Shown piece by piece: positions 7,832-17,201 of a stretch of 18,696 nucleotides of DNA. The DNA is from Myxococcota bacterium. GTDB lineage: Bacteria > Myxococcota_A > UBA796 > CAJQPC01. Where the stretch lies: the NCBI GenBank assembly GCA_036012755.1, contig DASCPX010000123.1:1-18696 (forward strand), read 5' to 3'. Position 1 is the first letter of the stretch. The number at the start of each line of letters is the position of its first letter. The notes under the pieces are model-generated. The model did not search any database, was not told where the DNA came from, and was given only the letters and a program-made list of their open reading frames with translations. Both the position numbers and the translations under genes were made by a program.

Positions 7832-8471
7832 GGACGGTGTTCCCCGTCACCTCGCCCTGATTCCGAGCGGCACACGCCGGTGGGCGCACGCGCACGATCT
7901 GGACACGCTGCACGGCCAGGCGGTGGGTGTCCTGGGCCTCGTCCAGATCGTCGGTGCCGCCTGGAGCGCCGGGGTCGAGACGGTCACGGTCTGGCTCGGC
8001 AACCGCGAGGACTTCGAGATCCGTCGCCGAGTCGAGGTCGGCGTGCTCGCGGACTGGCTCGCCACCGACGGCGCGGCCCTCATCAAGGAGCACAAGGCGG
8101 CCTTCGAGATCATCGGTGACTGGGAGCGCGTGTGCCCCCAGATCGGGGTTGGAGTCGAGATCGCCCTGGATTCTGCAGGAGATGGCCCCAGGCAGCTCAT
8201 CCTGCTCTGTGCCTTCGACGGGCGCCGCGAGGTCATCAACGCCGCTCGCAGGGTCGCGACCGGGGACGTCGGCGTGTTCCAGACCTCGCTGTCGACCGGA
8301 CACCTGCCCCCCATCGACCTGCTCATCCGCACGGGCGACAGCGGCTACCTCGCCCAGGGTTTCCCCTTGTGGCACCTCGACGGTGCCCGCATGCACTTCT
8401 GCCCCTTCCCCTGGCCCGACTTCGATCTAGAGGACCTCGACGAGGCCTTCGAGGCCTGGCGCAACGGCTAG
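7830..8471 (+). CDS. Degenerate cis-prenyltransferase (UppS family) homologue (213 aa)
   Basis: Fold motifs in order: PRHLALIPSGTRRWA, GVETVTVW, FDGRREVINA, PPIDLLIRTG, FPLWHL and WPDF. GGAGG SD 6 nt before TTG. Catalytic residues are replaced (see findings). Confidence 0.85.
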   Translation: MDGVPRHLALIPSGTRRWAHAHDLDTLHGQAVGVLGLVQIVGAAWSAGVETVTVWLGNREDFEIRRRVEVGVLADWLATDGAALIKEHKAAFEIIGDWERVCPQIGVGVEIALDSAGDGPRQLILLCAFDGRREVINAARRVATGDVGVFQTSLSTGHLPPIDLLIRTGDSGYLAQGFPLWHLDGARMHFCPFPWPDFDLEDLDEAFEAWRNG

Positions 8472-8995
8472 GCCTCGGGCTGCTTCCAGCCCCCCTGGGT
8501 GCCAGCTTCCCACTCGTTGTCGACGCTGCGCTCGGCGAGCTCGTCGGCTCTCATCAAGAGCTGCTGGTTGGCCGCGCGCATTTGCAGGTCGAGTGCCAGC
8601 GCCACGATCTCGCGTAGCGCGATGACGAAGTGGCCTTCGACGCTGCGGGCGTCGCCGGACAGCAGGTTGGCGGGGATCTCCAGCAGGATCCCCGGACCCG
8701 TGCTCGCCACCGTCACGGGGCGCGGAGCGCGGTCCCCGATGCCGACCAGGCCAAAGAGGCTGCCCGGTCGCACGAGCCCCAGGATCTGCTGCTTTCCGTC
8801 TGGGCCGGTACGGGTCACGCGGCCGTTGCCTTCGACCAGGAGGAAGAACGCGGTGGCGGGGAGGCCCTCCCGGCAGATGGCCTCGCCGGGCACGAGCGAG
8901 CGGACCCTCGCGGCGCTGGCGAGCTTCTGGATGTGCTCGGGCCTCAGACGCGCCATCAGGTCGTGGGACTTCAGGAGCGGAGCGGCGTTCTCCAT
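8468..8995 (-). CDS. Stand-alone cyclic nucleotide-binding domain protein (175 aa)
   Basis: PGEAICREG, FFLLVEG, PGSLFGL and PRPVT pattern; no HTH. ATG 8995 overlaps the TGA of the upstream gene (TGATG). Its stop shares CTAG with the convergent uppS-like stop. Confidence 0.85.
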   Translation of the reverse strand: MENAAPLLKSHDLMARLRPEHIQKLASAARVRSLVPGEAICREGLPATAFFLLVEGNGRVTRTGPDGKQQILGLVRPGSLFGLVGIGDRAPRPVTVASTGPGILLEIPANLLSGDARSVEGHFVIALREIVALALDLQMRAANQQLLMRADELAERSVDNEWEAGTQGGWKQPEA

Positions 8996-9537
8996 CAGCC
9001 CCCCATCCACCGGATCCAGCGCTCGTACCAGCGCCTGGGCACGGCGGTGTCGGTGGGGATGTCCTCTGCGAGGTCGGGCTCGTCGCGGAGACGGACAGTG
9101 CGGTCGTAGGTGGAGGTGATGCGCTCGCTCATCCGGCGCTCGATCTCGCTGAGGAGCCAGATCGCGGCGGGGTGGCACTCGGCTCGGAAGCTCTCGTAGG
9201 TGTCGAGGTCGAGGCGGAGGGCTGCGAGATCCTCCTCGACCACCGCGGCGGCGGAGCGGGGTAGCCCGGAGATGAGCCCCATGTCTCCGACGATGTGGCC
9301 GCGCCCGAGGCGTCCGAGCGGAACGCGCCGACCCGAGTCCAGGTTGCGCTCGACCCGGACCCGTCCCGCTACCAGCAGGTAGGCGCCATCGGGCCTGTCG
9401 CCCTCGTCGAAGAGCAGGCTGTTTTCCAGTTCGCGTACGGAGGTGGTGGCCTCGAGCAGGCTCTTGATGTCGGCGCCTTCCAGCGTGTTGACGCTGGGGA
9501 ACGCGCGCACGAAGTCCTGTGGGCGGATCCCTTCCAC
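8995..9537 (-). CDS. Stand-alone cyclic nucleotide-binding domain protein (180 aa)
   Basis: LFDEGDRPDGAYLLVAGRVRV, GHIVGDMGLISGLPRSAAA and a C-helix, ending in amphipathic RRWYERWIRWMGG. TAGAGT (9549-9544) lies 6 nt before the GTG. Confidence 0.9.
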   Translation of the reverse strand: MEGIRPQDFVRAFPSVNTLEGADIKSLLEATTSVRELENSLLFDEGDRPDGAYLLVAGRVRVERNLDSGRRVPLGRLGRGHIVGDMGLISGLPRSAAAVVEEDLAALRLDLDTYESFRAECHPAAIWLLSEIERRMSERITSTYDRTVRLRDEPDLAEDIPTDTAVPRRWYERWIRWMGG

Positions 9538-9603
9538 CGCTGGACTCTACTCCCGAAGTCCTCGCGACTGGCGTATTTGGGTTCGACCAACTAGGATCTG
9601 GGG

Positions 9604-10278
9604 GTGTTGCCGCCACCTGCCATCGTCGACGAAGCGCCAGTCGAGCGCCTGGAGTTCGACCTCAGCGTGGGGCTGGGCTTCTGGGCGCCCACGGATCGCC
9701 CCGCGCTCGGAGCGGTGATTGCGTTCGTGTCCTGGTCCGGCCTCGACGCTGTCGGGACCGTGCGTTTCTACGAGACCGGCCCGCTCACCGTCTACGCAGG
9801 GCTCGAGGGCTTCTACAACCGCTCCCTGCTCTTGGAGGCGGTCGGGGAGTGGGTCTTCGGGGCTCTCAGCTCGGAGGGCGACTGGGACATCACCGCTGCC
9901 CACTACGGCGCGGCCGCCCGTCTCGGGGCCTCCTTCGCTCCGGACTCGGCCTTCCAGCCTGGCGCCTTCCTGCTCGCCGGGACCGATCGACTGTCGCTGG
10001 GGATCGTCTACACAGAGGACAGCGGTACCTATGCGGAGGCCGTCTACGGGGAGACCGCGATGCGGCTGGGCGGGGGTGTCGGGGCAGACATCGTCATGGG
10101 TTCTGGCTGGCTCGTGGGCCTCGAGTATCGCTACCATTGGGCCCGTAGCTTCGTGACCGACACGACCGTCACGCTGGTCGACTCGGAGGGCGATTCCATC
10201 GTCGTGTGGGAGCAGCAGAAGTGGCAGGTGCCACCCGAGGGATCCAGCTGGGCGCTGCGGTTTGGAAGGCGTTTCTAG
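9604..10278 (+). CDS. Outer-membrane beta-barrel-like protein (224 aa)
   Basis: Amphipathic strands (VYAGLEGFYN, FQPGAFLLAG, GGGVGADI, WLVGLEYRYHW) and C-terminal WALRFGRRF ending in Phe. TAGGAT (9592-9597) lies 6 nt before the GTG. No evident signal peptide. Confidence 0.65.
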   Translation: MLPPPAIVDEAPVERLEFDLSVGLGFWAPTDRPALGAVIAFVSWSGLDAVGTVRFYETGPLTVYAGLEGFYNRSLLLEAVGEWVFGALSSEGDWDITAAHYGAAARLGASFAPDSAFQPGAFLLAGTDRLSLGIVYTEDSGTYAEAVYGETAMRLGGGVGADIVMGSGWLVGLEYRYHWARSFVTDTTVTLVDSEGDSIVVWEQQKWQVPPEGSSWALRFGRRF

Positions 10279-10320
10279 GCTCTGACGACATATTTCTGTC
10301 ACCGGCGAGGAAATCGCGCT

Positions 10321-10356
10321 TGGTACGCTGCCACTTGGGCACATCAGCTCAGGGAG
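10321..10356 (+). promoter_or_regulatory. Putative extended -10 (TG-G-TACGCT) and SD (AGGGAG) for the cyclase operon
   Basis: TACGCT at 10324-10329 preceded by TGn; AGGGAG at 10351-10356, 6 nt before TTG 10363. Confidence 0.45.
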
Positions 10357-10362
10357 TGTGCA

Positions 10363-11745
10363 TTGGGCCTTCGGAGCAGGCTGATCATCAGCGTCGTCGG
10401 GCTCGCGACCTTCATCCTGGTCGCGTGGTCGTCGCTTCTCGCCTACAACGGAATCCGTGAGCACCGCGGCCACGCTGAGGCCGGGGCCATCGAGGTTCTG
10501 TCGTTGTTGGCCGTGCCCGCGAGCACCGATCTGGCACAGCGACGCGTGGAGGCGCTCGACGCCCTCCTCGGGGAGGCGGCCGAGCGAGACTCGAGCATCC
10601 TGTGGATTGGAATAGTCGACAGCGAGGGGAGGGTGCTCGCTCACTCGGACCCCTCCCGATACGGTCGCATCGAGGGCGACGAGTTCACCATGACGGCGAT
10701 CGGAAGCGCTGACGCGACCGTCGAACGCACCCTCTTCGATGACGTTCCGGTGCTCTTGACCTCTATGCCGGTAGCGACCAGCTCGGAGGTCGGGGCCATC
10801 CGCTGGGGCACCCTCACGGCGGCCATCTCGATGGTCGACACCGAGGCCACGATCAGCGAGTTCCGGGTCAACCTGGCCGTCGCGAGCCTCTTGATGCTCG
10901 GCGTGATGGGCGTGAGCCTCTGGCTGCTGCTCAGCCGCCAGGTGATCCGCCCTCTGACATCCCTGAACGCCGCGGCCCAGGCGATCAAGGACGGCGAGCT
11001 GTCCGCGCGGGTGAGGGAGACCGGCGGCGCGGCGATCTCGGAGCTCGAGCTGCTCCGCGGGGTCTTCAACGAGATGGCGCGCCAGATCGAGGGACAGACG
11101 TCGATCCTCGAGGGGCGAGTAGCCCGACGTACCGCCGAGCTCGAGGCCGCGAACTCGGAGCTCGCCCGCATCAACCAGCGGCTCTCTCGCGCGGTCGCCA
11201 GGCTGGCGGACATCGCCAAGACCGACGGGCTCACGGGTCTGCTCAACCACCGCTCCTTCCAGGAGAAGCTGTCTCTGGAGCTCCAGCGCTGCCTGCGCCA
11301 GGAGCACCCGCTGTCGATCGTCATGATCGATGTCGACCTGTTCAAGGCATACAACGACATGCACGGCCACCCCGCTGGAGACTTCGTCCTGAAGGAGGTC
11401 GCGCGCATCTTCAAGGACAACCTCCGCGAGGTCGACGTCGTCGCTCGCTACGGTGGCGAGGAGTTCGCGGTGGTGCTGCTGGATACGCCGAAGGGTGCCG
11501 CGGGGCTCGTCGCGGAGAAGCTGCGCATGGCGGTGGCGGAGCAGGACTTCCCGCACGCGGAGGAGTCTCAGCCCGAGGGACGCATCACGATCTCGATCGG
11601 CGTCAGCTCCTTCCCCGACGATGGCCTGTCTCCAGCCGAGCTCATCGAGACCGCCGACCTCGCGCTCTACGAAGCGAAGAGGCGGGGCCGGAACCGCATC
11701 ATGCTGGCGGGCGAGCTCCTCTCGATGTACCGCACGAGGCCTTGA
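10363..11745 (+). CDS. Membrane sensor diguanylate cyclase (TM-periplasmic sensor-TM-HAMP-coiled coil-GGDEF, 460 aa)
   Basis: TDGLTGLLN, DVDLFKAYNDMHGHPAGD, I-site REVD, ARYGGEEF, ITISIGV and ADLALYEAKRRGRN. HAMP RPLTSL...ELELLRGVFNEMA. Two TM helices flank an extracytoplasmic domain. Confidence 0.95.
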   Translation: MGLRSRLIISVVGLATFILVAWSSLLAYNGIREHRGHAEAGAIEVLSLLAVPASTDLAQRRVEALDALLGEAAERDSSILWIGIVDSEGRVLAHSDPSRYGRIEGDEFTMTAIGSADATVERTLFDDVPVLLTSMPVATSSEVGAIRWGTLTAAISMVDTEATISEFRVNLAVASLLMLGVMGVSLWLLLSRQVIRPLTSLNAAAQAIKDGELSARVRETGGAAISELELLRGVFNEMARQIEGQTSILEGRVARRTAELEAANSELARINQRLSRAVARLADIAKTDGLTGLLNHRSFQEKLSLELQRCLRQEHPLSIVMIDVDLFKAYNDMHGHPAGDFVLKEVARIFKDNLREVDVVARYGGEEFAVVLLDTPKGAAGLVAEKLRMAVAEQDFPHAEESQPEGRITISIGVSSFPDDGLSPAELIETADLALYEAKRRGRNRIMLAGELLSMYRTRP

Positions 11746-11752
11746 GCACCAG

Positions 11753-12688
11753 GTGTGGTCTTTTTTGGGTGTCCTCGGCTGTGCCAGCGCCGAGCTCGAA
11801 GACGGCCCCGAGGCGCGCGACCCGGAGAGCATCATCTCCGAAGGGAGGAACGCGCTCGCCGAGGCCGGCGTGACCCGCATCCGGTGGGGCATGACCTCCT
11901 TCCGGGATCCCGACACCGCCCAGGAGCGCTGGGCACCCCTCTGGGACCACGTCGGTCAAGAGCTGGGGGTCGAGGTCGAGGTCGTCCAGCTCGAGGCCTA
12001 CGAGGGCGTCGAGGGCGCGATGCGCCGAGGCGAGATCGACGGAGCCACCTTCCGGCCCTGGGCCTACGTCGACACCTTCGCGGCGATGCCGCTCCAGCTC
12101 GTGTGCACCCACGTCGTCAAGGGGAGCTCTGACTACGGTGCCTACGTCATCATGTTGGAGGACCAGTCGGTCCGCGACGTCGATGGGCTCTCGGACCTCG
12201 CCGGCGGGCCTTTTGGCTTCGTGCATCCGAAGTCCACCAGCGGCTTCGTCTACCCGGCCTCGATGTTGCTCCGAGAGGGGGTCCACCCGCTGGACGACCT
12301 CCAGCCACGCTGGTACGGCAGTCATTCGGGGGTCTTCGACGCTGTGGCCAACGGCAAGGTGCTCGCCGGCGCCGTCTACAGCGAGGAACTCGATCTGGCG
12401 GACCTGAGGTCTCCGGGAGCTCCTTCGATGCGCATCATCGCCAAGTCGGAGAGGATCCCCTACAGCGCCTACGTGCTTCGGCAGGGTTTGCCCGAGGCTG
12501 CGGCCGACGCGCTCCAGGTCGTTCTCAACGAGGTCAGCACCCAGGACCCGGAGGGTCGCGAGATCCTCCTCTCGCTTCCTGACATCAACGGCTTCTTGCC
12601 GATCTCCGACAAGAGCTACGACAGCGTGCGCTCCGCGGCGAAGACCCTCGACGACGCAGAGATCGACATCGGCGCCATCGACGTCGGC

Positions 12689-12700
<12 letters not shown>
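11753..12700 (+). CDS. PhnD-like phosphate/phosphite/phosphonate-binding putative lipoprotein (315 aa)
   Basis: GTG 11753 gives MWSFLGVLGC. Motifs FGFVHPKSTSGFVYP, GSH, AVANGKVLAGA and RIIAKSERIP are typical of PhnD-family binding proteins. It starts 7 nt after the cyclase stop. Confidence 0.85.
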
Positions 12701-14434
<1,734 letters not shown>

Positions 14435-14452
14435 GTGCTCCCTCCTCTGGCC

Positions 14453-14462
14453 AGCTTATACT
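14453..14462. promoter_or_regulatory. Putative bidirectional -10 pair TAAGCT(-)/TATACT(+)
   Basis: AGCTTATACT gives minus TAAGCT (14458-14453) and plus TATACT (14457-14462), sharing the TA, between divergent starts 14434 and 14472. Confidence 0.5.
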
Positions 14463-14471
14463 TCAGGCAGG

Positions 14472-15425
14472 ATGCGCGCGCTCAGGCTCTTCGGTAGACA
14501 GAAGCGGGGCATCCCCTATGGCGTGCTGCCCGGCAGCCGGGGTGAGCGCGAGATGGCCGCGGCGCGTCGCCTGAGGCGCATCTACCACGCGGGCCAGGAC
14601 CGCATGTGGGACGGCCGAAAGGTGCTCGCCGAGCTCCTCGACAAGCACGGCGGGGTGCACCTCGACGAGCCGCAGAAGGGGGCGGTCGGCCGCCTGTTCT
14701 CCATCATCTTCTGGGGTGAGCTGTGCGCCTGGCAGGTCTCGACGCAGCTCGCGGCGAGCCTGGACTCCATGGAAGCCAAGATGGCGGCCACCAGCCAGGC
14801 CCACGACGAGGCCCGCCACTTCTACGTCCTCCACGACTACCTCGATGCCCTCGGACACGACCCGGAGGAGCTGCCGCCCGCCAGCGCGCGGGTGCTCGAG
14901 GCGGTCCTCCACACCCGGTCCCTGCCGCGGAAGCTCGTCGGCATGCAGATGATGATCGAGCCGATGGCGCTGACGCTGTTCCAGAGCGTGCGCGAACGCC
15001 AGGTCTGCCCCGTGCTGTCCGAGCTGCTCGAGTACATCGAGCGGGACGAGGCGCGCCACGTCGCGCTTGGCATCGCCCACATGCCGACGCTGGTCAACCA
15101 GATGAGCGTGCGCGAGCGCCTCGAGCTCGGGGCCTGGCAGTTCCGCATCGTGCACGGGGAGCTGGACGGACTCCACGAGCTCGCTGGAGACCTGGCCGAG
15201 CTGGGGGTGCGCCCTCTCGAGGTGATGCGCCTGGGCCAGAGCAAGCAGCTCTTCATCGCCGAGCTCCTCACCCGCGAGCTGGACTGGGACCTGTCGCTGG
15301 TCGGCCTCATCAACCGCTCGGTGGAGTTCCGGCGCGGGCTGCAGTACCCGGAAGAGGGGGATCTGACGGACCTCCCGCACTCCCTCGCGAGAGCCCTGCA
15401 CCTTGCCGCCAGCCAGCCCGTCTAA
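14472..15425 (+). CDS. Ferritin-like diiron carboxylate protein (317 aa)
   Basis: Ligand pattern E (WGEL)...DEARH...E (MIEP)...DEARH. ATG 14472 was chosen because the longer track N-terminus overlaps the divergent gene. Confidence 0.85.
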   Translation: MRALRLFGRQKRGIPYGVLPGSRGEREMAAARRLRRIYHAGQDRMWDGRKVLAELLDKHGGVHLDEPQKGAVGRLFSIIFWGELCAWQVSTQLAASLDSMEAKMAATSQAHDEARHFYVLHDYLDALGHDPEELPPASARVLEAVLHTRSLPRKLVGMQMMIEPMALTLFQSVRERQVCPVLSELLEYIERDEARHVALGIAHMPTLVNQMSVRERLELGAWQFRIVHGELDGLHELAGDLAELGVRPLEVMRLGQSKQLFIAELLTRELDWDLSLVGLINRSVEFRRGLQYPEEGDLTDLPHSLARALHLAASQPV

Positions 15426-15429
15426 GGGC

Positions 15430-15455
15430 GGGGGACCTGCAGAGGTCCCCCTTTT
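15430..15455 (+). terminator. Intrinsic terminator
   Basis: Perfect 9-bp stem GGGGGACCT-GCAG-AGGTCCCCC followed by TTTT, 4 nt after the TAA, between convergent genes. Confidence 0.85.
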
Positions 15456-15460
15456 CGAGA

Positions 15461-15778
15461 TCACAGCGTCTTCTTGATCGGTCCGTCGTGGTCGGGTTCC
15501 CCGGCCGGCTCCTCGGCGTCGTGCACCAGCCCCGATGCCTCCGCGACCTTCGCGGCGTACTCCTCGTCCGTCAGCAGTCCGCGCGCGTGGAGCGCCTTCA
15601 GCTTGTCCAGTGACGAGCTCGTCCCTGCGGCCTCCTGGCCCACCTGCCGGGCTGCCTTGAGCGCCGCGAGCTCCTCCTCGAGGGCGTCTTCCTTGCGCTC
15701 CTTCGCCGTGGGGCCGTCGCTGCGGATGATGCCCAGCATGCCCTTGCCGAGGTTTCCGAGTCGGTCGAACACGCCCAT
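15461..15778 (-). CDS. SHOCT-domain protein with PspA-like terminal motifs (105 aa)
   Basis: LDKLKALHARGLLTDEEYAAKVAE is a SHOCT-type motif. AAGGAG SD precedes ATG 15778; N-terminus MGVFDRLGNLGKGML. Confidence 0.8.
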   Translation of the reverse strand: MGVFDRLGNLGKGMLGIIRSDGPTAKERKEDALEEELAALKAARQVGQEAAGTSSSLDKLKALHARGLLTDEEYAAKVAEASGLVHDAEEPAGEPDHDGPIKKTL

Positions 15779-15815
15779 GTCGGCTCCTTGCCCTCTTCTG
15801 TACGTACCATGGGCC

Positions 15816-16820
15816 ATGCTGTTTCTCCTCGCCTGTACGGAGCCCGCCGGGCTCACCGACACCGCGGTGTCGCAGGACAGCTCCGTGGACTCCGGCGGGG
15901 ACTCCGGGGGCGAGAGCGGCTGGGAAGACCTGGCGCTCCTGGCCGTGCATCAGCTCGACGAGCCCTGCCAGAGGGCCTCGACCGCGCTGGCCGCCAGGGT
16001 CGCCGAGGACGGGGACGTCTGGGTCGTCGGCGTCACCGACGAGGGTGACGGCTGTATCGCCGAGTGGAGCTCGGCGGGCATCCTGGTGCAGGACTGGGTC
16101 ATCGCTGGAGACGGGTTCACGAGCTTTGGTGCCCTCGCCTTCGACTCGGCGGGACGGACCCTGGCAGCAGGCTCGCTCGTTGGTGGGCCTGGGCTGATCC
16201 GTGTCGACCCTTCCGATGGCTCACAGGAGGGCTGGACCGTCGCCGGGAGCGAGATCACTGCGGTCGCGGCCTGGGACGAGGGGGTCGCGGCGAGCCTCGA
16301 CGGAGAGGTGGTGATCCTCGACGACGACCTCGCCCAGACCTCGAGGGAGCCCCTCGTCGACGTGGTGCGGCTCGAGGGCCAGGGAGCCGGCCTCTTCGCG
16401 CTGGCTGCAGACTCGGGTGGGCTCGCGGTGCACGGATGGGTGGCGGAGGCCGAGGACTTCTACTGGACCTCCAGCATCCTGACCGACAACGCCGGCTGGG
16501 GACCGGCTTGGGTCGAGGACGAGCACGTGCACGCGGCCTGGGTCGACCCCGCGGGGGAGCTGCAGACCCTCCGCCTGGGTGACTCCGGGACCGCGGAGAC
16601 CGACATCGTGGTGGGCACCGCTCCCGCCGCTGTCTTCGCTGTCGGACAGAGCCGGGCCGTCTACGGCGGCAGCGCGCCGACGGTCGTTCTCGGCGAGCAG
16701 CGCGTAGAGGTCCCCGGCGCCGTCGAACCGTGGGCCATCGGGTTCTCGGGCGAGGACCTCGTCGTCACCGGCTCGGGCCCCGACGGAGGCTTTCACATCG
16801 CCCAGCTTCAGCTGCCCTGA
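15816..16820 (+). CDS. Hypothetical acidic putative lipoprotein, beta-propeller-like (334 aa)
   Basis: MLFLLAC start, DSGGDSGG linker, short beta-strand repeats (GDVWVVG, LAFDSAGRTLAAG, DLVVTGS) and GC3-rich codons. TACCAT (15805-15810) lies 5 nt before the ATG. Confidence 0.7.
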   Translation: MLFLLACTEPAGLTDTAVSQDSSVDSGGDSGGESGWEDLALLAVHQLDEPCQRASTALAARVAEDGDVWVVGVTDEGDGCIAEWSSAGILVQDWVIAGDGFTSFGALAFDSAGRTLAAGSLVGGPGLIRVDPSDGSQEGWTVAGSEITAVAAWDEGVAASLDGEVVILDDDLAQTSREPLVDVVRLEGQGAGLFALAADSGGLAVHGWVAEAEDFYWTSSILTDNAGWGPAWVEDEHVHAAWVDPAGELQTLRLGDSGTAETDIVVGTAPAAVFAVGQSRAVYGGSAPTVVLGEQRVEVPGAVEPWAIGFSGEDLVVTGSGPDGGFHIAQLQLP

Positions 16821-17128
16821 GCCGCCCTCCGTCGTGCCCACCAGTGCGCGATGGGGGGAGTCAAGGCCAGGAACAGGACGATCCGAATCGGCTTCGTGAG
16901 CTGTGTCGCGGCGTAGGCGATGGCGATGGTCCCGGTCTCGGCCGCCACCGCCGCGCCGTCGAAGCCCCAGGACTGGGCCATCGCTACGAGGTCGACGCCG
17001 TTGGACAGGGCCAGGTAGAAGCCGGACAAGGTCAACCCGAAGATCGAGAACCAGACGACGAAGGCCACCGGGCCGTACTTGCGCAGGGCATCATCGAGCT
17101 TCTTCTTGAGGCGACGCCACCAACCCAT
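16808..17128 (-). CDS. DUF1279 (FAM210-like) membrane protein (106 aa)
   Basis: LRKYGPVAFVVW, FYLALSNGVD and GTIAIAYAATQLTKPIRIVLFLALTPPIA follow the DUF1279/FAM210 pattern YG...FY...GVD...AYA..K..P.R...TP. Confidence 0.8.
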   Translation of the reverse strand: MGWWRRLKKKLDDALRKYGPVAFVVWFSIFGLTLSGFYLALSNGVDLVAMAQSWGFDGAAVAAETGTIAIAYAATQLTKPIRIVLFLALTPPIAHWWARRRAAQGS

Positions 17129-17201
17129 CGCAGCCCGGTATTCACTTGTCAGAGTGCTGTCAGCCCGGGAACCAGCCGGCTCCCCTGTAGACCAAGGTCC
17201 C

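Noticed and set aside
10283..10340. Short inverted repeat GACA-N6-TGTC and a sigma54-like TGGTAC upstream of the cyclase
   Set aside because: The arms are only 4 bp, and the GG-N10-GC spacing needed for sigma54 is not met.
9547..11916. 789-aa minus-strand ORF, and other long antisense ORFs (692..1915, 4140..5705, 6311..7753, 12887..14497, 14463..15950, 17665..18603)
   Set aside because: They lie antisense to genes with clear family motifs; stop-poor shadow frames are normal at this GC content.
15459..15468. 10-nt match GATCACAGCG to spacer 5 (possible self-targeting)
   Set aside because: Too short; expected by chance in GC-rich DNA of this length, and the flanks do not match. My self-match scan was by eye and not exhaustive.
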